DNA of 64,000 nt. It comes from Zootoca vivipara. Its lineage: Eukaryota. The notes below the pieces were generated by a model, which was not told where the DNA came from, did no database searches, and saw only the letters and a list, made by a program, of their open reading frames with translations. Positions 49,814 through 63,472 of the stretch are shown here, piece after piece. The stretch spans positions 33,852,001-33,916,000 of the forward strand of contig NC_083290.1 of the NCBI RefSeq assembly GCF_963506605.1. The letters run 5' to 3'. The position numbers were made by a program, and so were the translations under genes. Position 1 is the stretch's first letter. The number at the start of each line of letters is the position of its first letter.

Positions 49814-50095
49814 CAGGGCCGTCTTAAGCGCCCCTGGCGCTGTGGAGCGACGGATCCCTCTGGCGCCCCCCCGCCCCGTTTCCCAGCGCGGTGGGCAGGC
49901 GGGCGGGCGCAGCGCGGCTGCCACAGGCGCTGCTGCACGGCGGGCAGGCAGGCACAGCATGGCTGCCGTGGGCACAGCTGCGCGTCGAACCGGCGGACCG
50001 GCCGGCCAGCGGGCAGGCGCAGCTCACGGCGCCCTCCTGGCGGGCCGGCGCCGTGGTGCCCAGCACCACCGGGGGTCTACCTAGAGCCGGCCCTG
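49814..50095 (+). mobile_element. GC-rich hAT-like element (CAGGGCCG family) inserted in an old minus-strand L2 (about 49500-50330)
   Basis: TIR CAGGGCCG...CGGCCCTG; perfect TSD ACTATATT; KLQQVQNA motif in the flanking L2. Confidence 0.85.
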
Positions 50096-50340
50096 ACTAT
50101 ATTTTAAGTATCCTGGTCCCGAGCTGTATAAGTCTTTGCCTATCAGTACAACAAGCACCTTGAGTTTAGCCTGGCAACTAATTGGCAGGTGGCAGCAGTT
50201 TTTCAGCAGAGGCATAATAGGACAGCAATGGTCTGCCCCAATGAGCAGTTTAGTCACTGCATTTTGCACTTGCTGTAATTTATGGGCCTTGCACTTGGAG
50301 TACATTGCCATAGCCCAGCCTTGAGGTTACCATTGTTCTG

Positions 50341-50625
50341 CCCGGACACTGAGGTCCAGTGCTGAGGGCCTTCTGGCGGCTCCTTCATTGCGAGAAGCCA
50401 AGTTACAGCGAATCAGGCAGAGGGGCCTTCTCGGTAGTGGCACCCGCCCTGTGGAACGCCCTCCCACCAGATGTCAAAGAGAACAACAATTACCAGACTT
50501 TTAGAAGACATCTGAAGGCAGCCCTGTTTAGGGAAGCTTTTAATATTTAACAGACCATTGTATTTTAATATTTTGTTGGAAGCCGCCCAGAGTGCCTGGG
50601 GAAACCCAGCCAGATGGGTGGGGTA

Positions 50626-50667
<42 letters not shown>
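50341..50667 (+). mobile_element. Young L2 3' end with (AAAT)n tail
   Basis: AGGGCCTTCTCGGTAGTGGCACCCGCCCTGTGGAAC...GGAAGCCGCCCAGAGT...(AAAT)n. Confidence 0.85.
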
Positions 50668-50670
<3 letters not shown>

Positions 50671-52667
50671 ACCAGTGCATTGATGACAGTGGTCCGGGTG
50701 TCCCAATCCTGAAGTGGCCATAGCTGTGTTACCACTGAGATTACTTGGGCCTCTAATGACAGAGGTAGATCTGGGAGCACCTGCCTCCTGAAGTGGTTGT
50801 CCCCTCCTGCCCATTGGTAGGACTGGCCCTGTATTATCCTTTACCTGCTATTGGATCTTTGGCAGTGCTAAGGATTGAACCCAAGACGCTATGCATGCAG
50901 AGATGGTGCTCGGTCCATAAGCTACAGTCCCTCCCTTAAGTTAGCAAACTTATCCTACCTCGCTTCTGTAGGACCGAAGACAGGGACATGAGATTTCCAG
51001 GCAGACTCCTGTACAGTCACCAACCGGCTTAGCTTCAGCAATATTGTCATTTAGACTGTCATATGCTGTCAGAACATGCCTTGGGACACATTATTTTAAG
51101 ATATTACTTGCCGGCTGCATTTTTTTTAAAAAAAAAACAAGAACCTTGTATTAGTATTATATAATTTAAATTTTTGTGTCCAGTTAATGGGAAACTCTGG
51201 TTTAATTTAATTAACCCAATTAAATGAAATGTTCTAGCCATTTAATCATTTAAATGGTGCGGTCCTGTGCATGTCTACTCGAAAGAAAGCCTCATTAAGT
51301 TCCATGGGGCTTATTTTTAGGTAAGAGTGTATATCACTGCAGCTTAAATTTTGCATCCCTAACTGGCAGCTTACTGTCCTAGCAGACTGTCTCCCCCTGT
51401 TGAATGACAGGGCCGGCTCCAGTTGCAGAATTTGTCTCCTTGTTACCATAGCTTTCTTGGCACAGATTATTTTTTTAAATTTTGCATGCAGAGTACACAC
51501 AGCCTTGTCAACCAGATGGTGGAGAGAGACAAATAGATGTGAGGATGAGAGGGACTCTCTCCTTTGCCTTTTGCAGCAGCCAGATGTCTGAATGATGCTT
51601 GGAGAGGCCTTGTTTCCTTCCAGTAGCCAGAGGCAAGAATGGATATTGGATTTCACATACCTGCATGTTAGAGATTCTCAGATCGGGGTTAAAAAATGGC
51701 TCTTTGATGGGAATCCCAGAACCTTCCCTTTCCCTGAAGGTGGTTTAATATTTTGAAGGCTCAGGGAGAGATGCTGTTTAGCACATTAACCTCTCATATA
51801 TGAGAGGGTGTGTGTTGCATAAACATATCAAGACTTTACTGCTGACATACCTTTGTGGCCTTCTGCTGATCAATATTTGTTAAGCTTTCAAGTGAGTAGG
51901 TGATCACTTCCAGCCGTGCTGTAAACTTAGCTGGCATGTGATTGGCACCTGTCATGATCCTAAGAAATAAACCCGAATGCCCAGGGAAGAGCTATGTGTA
52001 AATGTACAGTGCATCTCCACAGCAGAAGGCATAAAAAGATAATGCTTTACTGATTTACACCTGTTGCATTCAGAGGCCATTGGATGATAGACAGAAGCAA
52101 ATAAAGGCCCTCCAGCTCAGAAGTGGATGGAAGACAAATGGAGCACTGAGCAATTTCTAGGGCGCCACCAAGGACAGGGACAGCCAAAGGGCTTCTCCGA
52201 GGCTGTTGTTGGACCACAATCCACATCACTTCTGGCCACTATAGCCAGAATGGTCAGGGATGTTGAGAACTGGGGTCCAGCATCACAGGTTCCCCCATCC
52301 CTGGTCTAATCCAGCAAGACACTCCTTATATTATTAAGCATGAGTACATGCTCAGGATCAGATTCATTATGCCATAACTGTTAAGAGATCCTGTGTATGT
52401 AAACTTACCATAAAGAGAAACTTCTGGATCAAACCAAAGGTCCACATTGCCCAATACCTTCTGTCCCATGGTGGCCAAACAGAAGTCTCCAGGAAACTCA
52501 CAGAAGGACTTCAAAGCAATTGCCTTTTCCATGTTTTCCCCCCATACACACCCATAACAGGTATTCAGTGACATTGCTTCTGAACCTGGAGGTTTCCATT
52601 TAGCCTGAAGATTTCCATTTAGCCATCATCGTGGCTAATAGTCACTGTCGTAATACCCTTCAGTGCG

Positions 52668-53071
52668 GACCAAGCTTACCGAGTGGCTGCTGGGAGCATA
52701 TAACACAGTCCTAAAGGATCTACACTGGCTCCCAGTATGTTTCCAAGCACAATTCAAAGTGTTGGTGCTGGCCTTTAAAGCCCTAAATGGCCTCCGCCCT
52801 TTGTACCTGAAGGAGCATCTCCTCCTCATTCAGCCTGGACACTGAGGTCCACCTCCAAGGGCCTTCTGATGGTTCCCTCACTTACAGAGAACCAGGTAGA
52901 GGGTCTTCTTGGCAGTGGTACCCTCCCTGTGGAATGCCCTCCCATTGGATGTCAAGGAGGTAAAGAACTACACATATTTTAGAAGACCTGAAGGCAGCCG
53001 TGTATCAGGAGGTTTTTAATGCTTGACATGTTATTATGGTTTTATATGTGTTGGAAGCCACCTAGAGTGGC
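52668..53071 (+). mobile_element. L2 3' fragment truncated by gap
   Basis: LHWLPV..FKVLVL..KALNGL motif of L2 ORF end. Confidence 0.85.
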
Positions 53072-53228
53072 NNNNNNNNNNNNNNNNNNNNNNNNNNNNN
53101 NNNNNNNNNNNNNNNNNNNNNNNNNNNNNNNNNNNNNNNNNNNNNNNNNNNNNNNNNNNNNNNNNNNNNNNNNNNNNNNNNNNNNNNNNNNNNNNNNNNN
53201 NNNNNNNNNNNNNNNNNNNNNNNNNNNN
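53072..53228. other. Assembly gap (N run)
   Basis: Run of n characters. Confidence 0.99.
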
Positions 53229-55941
53229 CTGTATGATGGACTGAGTGGGTGTGATCTAGGCACAAAGTTTTCTCTTGCCTGAGCAGCAGAATGGTACCTT
53301 CTGCCCTTGAGGGTCTTTCTACCTTCTCCACAATAAACCTTCACAGATGCCTGACTTGGATCCAAGTGCAGGCTTGGCAACTCTGTGATTGGTCCCAGCA
53401 CCTTGTCAGTTCGTGGAAGAACCATGGCACTGTGGTAGACGCTGAGCACATGTTTTTGTGTGCAGAAGGTCCCATGTTCAATTCTTGGCATCTCCAGGGA
53501 TCAGATAGCTGCCAGCAGGAAAGACCACTGCCGGATACCCTGGAGAGTAGTCAATACTGGACTGGGCTACCTGGATAAATAGTGGCGCAAGGCAGCTGTG
53601 CTCCCAGGGACAATTTAGCTGTTGAATAGCAATTCTCCTCTCCCCTCAAAAGTTTCTGCAGCAATGAAGCCAGTGCAGTGTTTGCAATGGGTTTGTGCTT
53701 CCATTAATCTCCCTCAAAAAGTAATAATTAAAAAAAAAATGTTCCAGACCTCTGCAGGTGCTTTTGTCAACCTAACAGGAACCTGCTAATTGCTCTCACG
53801 GGTGGCTAATTTAAGCCTTGTGCTGTCATCTCTCGCTGTAGTGTTGGAAAATAAATGTTGGGATGCTTGGATGCTAAGAAAAGCCAGTGGGCCGCAGCAC
53901 ATAAATCAAGGACCACGAGTTGCCTTCTAAGCCTTCCTTTCAGCATGACTCTTGTGGCTGCAGCTGGGTTTTTTTTTGGCCCGTAGCGCCTTGTCATGAG
54001 TGGAAACTGCTGGTGTTGGTTTTGACACACCGGTTGTGTGAATTAGCCCTAAGGCTATGCATTAGAGCACAGTTCAGCTAGCATGGAAGTCACTACAGAG
54101 TCCCATAGATCTTAGTCTTTAGGCCATGTCTGTAGAATAACAATCCATTTAACATCTGTGCGTGGCAGGGATGAGGCTGCTGTTGGCATATGGAGTGCAG
54201 CTCAAACTTCTCTTTCAAAAACAAATCTGGATTTCTCTGAGAAAGGGCTAAAGGAATTATTTGAAGTCTTCTGGGGAAAAAAGAATCTTAAAATGCCCAG
54301 GATTTTTTTTAAAAAAGAACCCAGTGTATTTAAGCTTCTCAGAAACAATCTGAGCATCTTGATTTTAAAGGGCGAGGTTGTTTGCAGAGAGGAAGAAACT
54401 CTGACTTAGCAACAAGCTTTTGGAAAAGAAGCTTTTGTGTGCTTTGAAATATTTCTCGCAGATGTAGCTGTTCTCCTCCTCCTTCCCCTCCCCTAATTTT
54501 ACACGTTCTGAATCTAAAGAGACAAAGTGAGCTACATAACTCTGGGGATATGTAGTTAAGGGTGGCGAGAAGTGAATAGATTTCATGCCAGCTAAACTGC
54601 TAAAGTAACTTACTACAGTTAAAAATGAGCATACCTTTCTTTTAAAAAAAACATGTTCAGCTCCTGATATTGGGGGCTACCTTCTCAGAAACCTCAGTTT
54701 ATTTCCCCATTACTATTTAAAGGGATGTCCTCTTATTCATTACCGCCCCCGGCTAATGGAATGCTGAGGAATGATGACATTGGACTGTTACAAAAAGTAT
54801 AGCCACCCCCAACCTTCCAGATGTTTTGGACTACAGTTGCCATCACCCCTAATTGTTGGCCATGTGGGCTGGAGCTGATGGGAGTTGTTGTCCAAAAGAT
54901 CTGGAGGGCGCCTGGTTGCGGAATACTGCTCTACACCAGAAGTCTTTGAAAACCCAGGCTCATCCCACTTTAACCCACGTGTGCATTTGGGGACCCCTTT
55001 CTTAATCTTTTGCCATATATTTGCGTGGTGGTAGTGCTGTGGTTAACGTGACCCACCGTGGAGGAGGCTGTCACCCTGTTGAGATTTCCAACGCACCATC
55101 TGAAGACCATTGGGCTACACCGTATTGTAATTAAACAGTGTGAAGCGATTTCCTGCATTTCAGGGCCACCTGCAGTTGAGGCAAGGCTCAGGTATGTATC
55201 TGCTTAACAGTAGTACCACATGCCTCTTGAAGACAAAGTGACGCTCTGCCGGGAAACTGTTCCCTTTCTCCGTTCTGAGATGCGATAACTCTGTCTGATT
55301 TGCGGGGCAGACGCGACAAGCCTGCCAGATGCATATCGCATGATGAGGCAGAGTGCTGAAATTGGCTTAAAGGGAAACCCGAGAGTCCTCTATTGGAGGC
55401 CGTGCCCCGTGAAAAGGGATTTCCTAGGCAGCAGGGAAATGACTATACTAGGGGCGGCCCACCCCCCAGATTCCCTAGCTCAGGGATAACCAGCACGGTG
55501 CCCTTCAGACATCATAGGACTCCAACTCCCATCAGCCCAGGCCAGCACGGTCAATGGTCAGGGATGATGGGAGTCGGAGTCCAACGCCATCAGGAGGGCA
55601 CTGCATTGCCTGCCTGTGCCCCAGCTCATTCTGACAGCATAGATGGGCCTTTGCCAACCTGGCACCCTCCAGGTGTTTTGGACAGCTGGAGCTTCTGGGA
55701 GTGGTAGTCCAAACCTGGAAGTCACCAAGTTGGAGACAGCTGGCATAGATGCCAGATGATTCAGGAATTACAAGAGGAGGGGAAGGGAAAAGAAATCAGT
55801 GCGTCCTTCTTAAAACACAAGTTTAGTCAACGTGGTAAAGGTGGAGAACATATTTTTGGATGTCCAGATGTTTTTGTACTCCAATGTCTGCTGGCTGCAG
55901 GCACCATGGCCAGTGGTCAAGGAATGAAGGGAGTTCTAGTC

Positions 55942-56075
55942 CAGGCATCCCCAAACTGCGGCCCTCCAGATGTTGGCCTACAACTCCCATGATCCCTAGC
56001 TAACAGGACCAGTGGTAGGGGAAGATGGGAATTGTAGTCCAAAACATCTGGAGGGCCGAAGTTTGGGGATGCCTG
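55942..56075 (-). mobile_element. hAT MITE (CAGGCATCCCC family) inserted in an older MITE
   Basis: TIRs; TSD TTCTAGTC/TTCTAGTA. Confidence 0.9.
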
Positions 56076-57297
56076 TTCTAGTATAACAACATCTGGAGAG
56101 CCATTGGTTCCCCATCTCTGTGGCAAGGTATTGTGCTATCACCTGTTGCAACTGGGGGCTCTTGCCATAATCTTTGAATGACTTTAGGAGCCGCGGCTGT
56201 GTTTGTGCCCACTTTTGGAGCACAGAAAGCTGCCTTATAGTGAGTCAGATTATCAGTCCATTGAGCTCAGTACGGCCTACACTGACTGGTAGTAGCTCTC
56301 TAGGGTTTCAGCCCGGGGGGGTGGGGGTGTCTCTCCCAGCCTCACCTGGAGATGCTGGCGATTGAACCTGGAGCCCCTTTGCCTGTGAAACAGATGCTCT
56401 ACTACTGAGCTATGACTCTTCCCAGAGACAATGATGGTAGGAACATGGGAAAAGGTCTTTTTCGAGCCAGATTTTCAATCCATCTAGCTCCATATTGTCT
56501 ACACTGACTGGCAGAAGCTCTCTGGGGTTTCAGGTATGAAGTCTGTCCCAGCCTTGTCTGCAGAAGAGAGAAATTGCACTTGAGATCTGAGGCATATTTA
56601 TTTATAAAAGTATTCGTATGCTGCTCTCTCACAGAATGGCAGGGCAGTGCACAACAACATTTAAAAACCTTTTAAAAGCAATGCAGAACAATTATCAAAA
56701 TGGCCAGCCACTCAAGGAAATTCTAAACAACTGCCTGTCAGCATAAAAACGTCTTTAAGAGACACAGGAAAGCCAAAAGCAAATCATCGCTGGAAGAGTG
56801 TTTACGGTATGGGACTTGTGACACTAAATGGGCGACTTCTGGTCTGAATGAACTCAGTGACGAAGCTGGGATATTTTATTTTAAATTAGTTTTTATTGAA
56901 GTTTTTTGTGTTACAAAACATACAGATAAACTGGGAAAGGTACCTCTATCGCCTCCACTGTCAGTTTATAGTCTTTTTCACAGTTTCCTTACACTTAAGT
57001 GAAGGATGCCTTTTTCATAGACATCTTGCAGTTGGGGGAAAAGACAGGGGAGGAGAGAGAGGTGGGGGTATTGTTCTTTTGTTCTGTAGCCTAGTGAGTG
57101 TAGGGGTTTGTGCCTGGGTCCTTTGCTTCTACTGTATATATATCTATATATCTATATATTGATATTGCGAGAGATCAGGCGATCCCAAGCTTCGTTGGCT
57201 GCATTTAGTTGACTGCAGTGTGACTTGTTTGTATGCATTGGGCGGGCGGGCGGGGGGGAATAGGTTGTTGGGTCAGGTTAGCATGTTGATTCGTATA

Positions 57298-57603
57298 GGG
57301 TCGCGGGTGGCGCTGTGGCCCCATGACGGGGTGAGTTCCCGTTGCTCTGTCCCAGCTCCTGCCAACCTAGCAGATCGAAAGCATGCCAGTGCAAGTAGAT
57401 AAATAGGTACCGCTGTGGCGGGAAGGTAAACGGTATTTCTGTGCACTCTGGTTTCCATCACGGTGTCCTGTTGTGCCAGAAGTGGAAAAGCTGTTTGCGG
57501 ACAAACGCCGGCTCCCTCGACCTGAAAGCGAGATGAGCGCCACAACCCCATAGTCACCTTTGACTGGACTTAACTGTCCAGGGGTAATTTACCTTTACCT
57601 TTT
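57298..57603 (+). mobile_element. Sauria SINE with internal deletions (B-box lost)
   Basis: Head GGGTCGCGGGTGGCGCTGTGG joined directly to CCCCATGACGGGGTGAG; ACCTTT tail; approximate TSD TTGATTYGTAT. Confidence 0.9.
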
Positions 57604-57644
57604 TATTGATTTGTATGATTTATTGATTTACCTTTACCTTTTTA

Positions 57645-57822
57645 TTGAACAATTACCAGACCTTTAGAAGGCATCTCAAGGCAGCCCTGTTTAGGGAAGC
57701 TTTTAATGTTTGATGGATTTCTGTATTTTAGAATTTCTGTTTTTTTGGAAGCCGCCCAGAGTGGCTGGGGGAACCCGGCCAGATGGGCGGGGTATAAATA
57801 ATAAATTATTATTATTATTATT
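57645..57822 (+). mobile_element. Short L2 3' end with (ATT)n tail
   Basis: Homologous to 50485-50630. Confidence 0.85.
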
Positions 57823-59133
57823 GTGTGGGGATAGGTCATTGTCCTGTTGTGCTCTGTATGTAATAAAGAGGAACCACACCGGGGTGAAGACTTCTTCCTG
57901 TGCTTGCCCCATGCTAGTTTAAGTTTGTTGGTTAACTTCTCTAGTAGGGCTGTTTCCCATACATTTTAGTCCTGGTGGTCTATATGGACTCAGGTGATCC
58001 TTAAGGTGTCCTGAACAGATCCCTTGATGCTTATGGTGAGAACTACGACATGTGAGTGTGCTGTTTTCTTCAAATTGGTATCAGCCACAGAGAAAATAGG
58101 CATCATTCATATTCAGTTAGAGCTGGCACAGACAGAGAGGCCTATGATCCCTGGGGATTCTCCCCCCCCCCCCAATTTTCAGTAAGTAAACAGGTTTTTG
58201 CTCCTTCTTGCTTTGCTGTGTAGCTCATTGCAGCTTGCTCCGGTCGTTCCCCACCACACTGATGGCATTTACCCACTTTTTATTCTAATCCTGCTTTGTC
58301 TGTTTGGCTGCAAAGCTGCTGTTTGTAATTACACTTAGGACGGAAGGCATTCCCCCTGCCCCAGCCACTAATTCTCCATCTCTTCCCCCCAGATTTCCTC
58401 TGGATTTACGGAATATTTTCAATGGCGAGAAATTATCTGTGATGCAAACGGCTGCTTTCAGAGCCACTGAAATTAGAGGCAGCTTAAGTGCGCTCCTCTG
58501 GAAAAAGCGCTACAGGAGATCTTGATAATAACAGCATCGCACGTCTGTGCCGTACCTTCAGTGCTCTCTCCCGCCAGCACATTGAACACGATGCTGCTAT
58601 TTTAACCATGGGTTTGTAAAAGGAATGTTGAAGTTGGCGTCATTGCGAAACCCGCCGCAGGATCAGCAAGGAGATCTTGTTTTGGCATGTGTGGGATAAA
58701 TTTCTGTTTGAGTTCTCAGCTGCGAAATAGCTTGGCTGGACTAGCAATGGGGATTGAGGGCAGTTGGCATCCTAAGAGTGGGCGCAAGTTTGCAGGCTGA
58801 GATGCATCAGAAAAAGCGTCCAGAGAAGTAAAGAGGCATGAGGTCTGATGAATTCTGACCGTTATTTCCCTTATGCACACCCCTTGGCCTGGTTCAGACA
58901 ATCCTTATAGCCTTCGCAAACCATGGTTTACTAAGCAGGGAACGAGCACTGTGGCTGGGCACTCCCTCCCCTCCTCCTGCTGTACAGTGGCTTTTGACAT
59001 GAAGATTTTGGCTTAAGGCAGGGTCCCGTTACACCTGAACCAGAAAACTCTGACTCTGATGTGGTTAACCATGTTGCCTCACCTTGTTTTCCAGGGTATC
59101 AGACAGGGTGTCTCCTCCAGCTTTACCTGCAGA

Positions 59134-59452
59134 CATAGGTGCCAACTCCCAGATTGAAAAATCCGGGATCGGCAGCGGCGCGGCACCGGAAGTCGCACTG
59201 CGGCCATTTTGGAACTGGGCAGAGCTGCACCGGAAGTTGCTTCTACGCATGCTCTGCCCATTTTCAAAATGGCCGCAGCGCCAGAAATCACTTCTGCGCA
59301 TGTCCAGAGACTCCAGACATGCGCAGAAGGAGCCTCCCCGGGCCGGTAAGAATCCGGGGGATTTACGGGTTTTTTAAAAATCCGGGCTGCCAGTGGGAAA
59401 TGGCTGGAAAAATTAGGGTTTCCCGGGGAATACGGGAGACTTGGCAGCTATG
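59134..59452 (-). mobile_element. hAT-like element (CATAGCTGCCAAG family), copy 3
   Basis: TIR CATAGGTGCCAA...TTGGCAGCTATG; perfect TSD CCTGCAGA. Confidence 0.85.
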
Positions 59453-60449
59453 CCTGCAGATGATGGCGATTGAGACAGGGACCTTTCACATGCAATGCTC
59501 TATCCCTGAGCTGCAGCCTTTCCCCACTGTTTAGAGCATGAAATGCTAGGCTAGGTAGATCCTTAGTCTTATCAAGCAGAGGTTGTTAACGACTTGGCAT
59601 TTGTAAATCACCAGAAAATGCACACACATAAATGCCATTCTCAACAACCATTGCAAAAAGAATGTAGGCTAGCAGCCGATGTTCACATTAGGCAGAATGT
59701 GGTGGTAGAGTTCCTTGGGCTGTGCCACTTGAGATGGCAGGGGGGGGGGATGATGGTCCTATTTTCAAATGCTCGCCAATACAAAATGTTCATTGCATGT
59801 TGAAAGCAAGCACGTATGGTTAGCAACAGCCATCTCCCTGATGTGCTAATTTATTACCAGCAGGGAGGTGTGTTATATGGGTGAGTATTCAAAAAGATGT
59901 GCACATACATATATAGACACTCCAGAATTCTACAACCTCGTTTATACCATCTCATTTTGGATAATGAGTAGAATGGCTCTCAACCTCTGGAATTTTTCAT
60001 ATGGCTGACACAGCCTCTTTTTTTTTTTTACAAACTCTGAAACAACCCATCTAATGACATCTTTTAGTACGCTGTATCTGGAGGCAATGAAAGTGGTGTT
60101 TATTTAGGCACTTTTAGACTCTGGATTTGCAAGTCTTGTGTGTGTTGTGGTGGTGAGGGGAGGGTTGCCCTTCAGATGGCGATGTGCATTACTTCACTTA
60201 TTTCAAAATGTGGTAAGCCACCCACCCCCCAACGCTGCATTTGGGAACTTTCCTGCTCATTCTGCTGAGTGGGGCCCTGGACCTCTGCCCCCAAAGGCCC
60301 ACTCAGTGGGGATGGAGTCTTTTGGAGATCAATTTGAGGGCTGGGCTGAGTCTTGGCCTAATGTTGGAACAGGGAGGCTGGTGTGCTTACCTAGGAGTGC
60401 CAGTTTTAAAGGGGAAATCATTCAAAATGCTTCTACAGTCATGCCTCAT

Positions 60450-60694
60450 GTTACATCCGCTGCGGGTTATGTCTTTTCAAGTTACGGACGCGCCGAACCC
60501 GGAAGTCCTGGAACGGGTTACTTCCGGGTTCGTTGCGCGTGCATGCGCAGAAACACTAAATCACACTTTGCGTATGTGCAGAAGCGCCGAATTCCGTCAC
60601 ATGTGTGTGCAGATTTGGCACTTCAGGATGCGGCCTTTTCATGTTGTGAATGGGCCTCCGGAACGGATCCCGTTCGCAACCAGAGGTACCACTG
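60450..60694. mobile_element. Pogo-type MITE, left end degraded
   Basis: Right TIR GCAACCAGAGGTACCACTG+TA, matching the left TIR at 41556. Confidence 0.75.
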
Positions 60695-61614
60695 TATTTC
60701 CAAGAGGTATTGGCTGAAAAAGGAGGTGATTTTTTTTTATTTGGTGTGCATCCAAATGGGTTGGTTTAACTTGGCTGTTTTTTGAATCTGAAACACCCTG
60801 GCCTAGTGGTAAACCTTTACTTCATACTGTAGATGGGGAGTCACTTGACTGAATGCTCCCCAATATGAAAAAAGGAATCCTGTGTATGAAGAATTAACAA
60901 ATCAGAGAACACTTTCCTATGATATAATTGCATATTCCCCTCCTCCGTTTATTCTGGCCTCCATTTCTCTCCTCTTCTTCTGACCCCCCCCTGGTTTTTA
61001 GAAGATAAGTCCCTTGGGGGAAAGGACATATCCTGCCTATTCTTGTTAAAGTACTGTGCCATAGAAAATAATAATATCTGGATGAGCCTTCCCAAGGTGG
61101 TGCCCTGCAGATGTTGTTGGATTACAATTCCCATCGTATCTGACAACTGGCCATGCTGGCTGGAGCTGATGGGAGTTGTATTCCAACAGCATCTGGAGGG
61201 CACAAGGTTGGCAAAGCCTGACCTAGATGCAGAGGTTTTGTTTTTCATGGGGAAGCATCTGGTCATGTCGTCACATCCACCTGTAGCCTGAAATGCAGGT
61301 TTACCACCTCAAAGAGGACTAGTGGCTTTCCTTTTAGTGAGAGGGCAAGTGTTCTCCGTCCACCACACAAAGCCATTCAGCTCTTGCATAACCCCTTCTC
61401 CGTTGCTGTGGCCGCCTTTGTGCTCTTGCCCCAGCTAAGCAACCTAGAAAGTAATGGGTCCACAGTTCTCCTGAGGACTGGATTGTTTGGCCAAGAAACT
61501 TGTTGGAACAACATTTGCGGCTGGTTTGTCCTCAGGAAGCCAAGTGCTTTCATCTCCCTCTTGGAGCCTGCTGCCATTGGGGAACGTGGTGCCTGAGCAA
61601 TTGCAGAACATGTC

Positions 61615-62170
61615 ATAGCCTAAAGCTCTGGTCACCTCACTTCAAAAAGCATATTGATCAAGGAGATGGAGCGACTCCCCTTTGAAGAAAGGTTGCAGTG
61701 TTAGGGACTTTTCAAGTTACAGAAAAGTCAAGTGAGAGGTGACATGTTAGACGTTTGTAAACTTACACATGCCATGGAGAAAGTGGATAGAGATAAGTTT
61801 TTCTTCATCTCTTAAAACACTAGAACTCATGGATATCCAACAAAACAGAATGTTGGACGATTCAGGACAGATTGAAAATGATTCAAACAGCGCATAGCTG
61901 AACTATGGATCCCCACAGCTGGCGGCGAGGGCCACCAACTTGCATGGTTTAAAAAGACAAATTCATGGTGGAGAGGGCTATCCATGGCTACTAGCAATGA
62001 TGGCTATGTTCTGCCTCCACAGTTGGAGTCTAAAGCTTCGGAATACCAGTTGCTAGAAATCACAGGAGAGGAGAGGGCTCTTGTGCTCGGGTCCTGCTTG
62101 CGGGTTGCCCATAGACATCTGGTTGGCTGCTGTGAGAACAGGATGCTAGTCAAGATGGGCCTGATCCAGA
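61615..62170 (+). mobile_element. CR1 LINE 3' fragment
   Basis: EERL..LGLF..RGDM-like CR1 RT end, ACTAGAACTC..GG motif and 3'UTR shared with 48735-49095. Confidence 0.75.
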
Positions 62171-63472
62171 AGGTTCCTCTTATGTTCTAAAGCAGGCAAG
62201 GGAAACCTGTGATCTTCAGGCCATTGTTGTTCCTCTTTCTCATGTTGTGACTGCTATGTTTTGAATGCTGCTGGTCCTCCAGCTCCTCTTGGCATGCTGC
62301 TCCTTGAAGCTCCCTGTGGTTTATTGCAGGTGTAGCCAAAATGGTGCTCTCCAGATGTTGTTGGATGACAGTTGCTGTCATGCCTGGACACGGGCCATGC
62401 TTTCTGGACCTGGTGGGAGCTGTCGTCCAGCAACATCTGGATTCCCTTGCCGTATTGGGCCTCTGATCTTACAGAAAGGGTCATGCTGCTTCAGTGACTT
62501 CATGAAGCCAAAAAGTAAAATCTAAATGCTTTGATTAAATATCAAGCCTTTCCCGCTGACACGAGTGTCTCACGAGCAATGACCCAGCCAGCTAGTGACA
62601 CCATTCGCAGCTGGAGGCTCATGCCTGAATTCTGCCCCAGGGAAGGAGCAGCAGCAGGCAGTGTCTGCTTTCCCCAGCTGGGATTCCTCTCTCTGACAGC
62701 TCTTGAAATGTGGCGCCTGGCGAGAGGCAATAGCCTGACTTGCATGCCAAATAGCCACACCAAGGACCAACTTGGGTTGTGGGGGGAGTAGGCTTAGGAG
62801 TGGAATTGGTGTGGAAGGATGTTAGCAGGAATACAAGGAGTCTGGGGCCATCTCCTTTGCATTCGCAAACCTCCCTCTTTGAAACATCTTGAGGATTCCC
62901 CTCTCCATCCTGGAAGTAGGCCAGTGGAAAGACGCCCGGTGCAATCCATAAGTAAACCAAGGAATGGCACAGCCTCTGTGTAGACCAAGCGGGAAAGGAT
63001 TCCCTTTGCGTCTTATGCGAAGGGATCAGCATTGCTGATTTCTGCCTGCCTGCCTGGTTTTTTGGTGGGTCCAAGCAACTCAGAATGGCAAGGGCCATAT
63101 CATGAATATTTCAAGGGTGGAGGTCCTCAACTAATTGCTGCTGTATCCATCTTGGACCATGAGTAGATGGCAGCAGTACGGTTGGTTTTCTAAAAGATCA
63201 TTTTTCTAAAAAATGGCCTGTGAATTTAAGAACAAAAGAGTTGAGGCTAGTTTTGAAGGTCTTTGCAAGTAGATTTTCCAAAAAGAAAAAAGCAATCCTT
63301 TTACTTTCTATACTATAATGTAGGAGTAGTCCACATGTTGTTGGAGCACTGCAAGCATAGTGGAGGAGGGGAATTGTAGTCCAATGCCTGTTGGTGATGT
63401 CTATTTTAGTGAGTTTGCTGTCACATTCTTGAATTTCCACATCTTATTTCAGTGTCTCACCTCACTGTAGAC

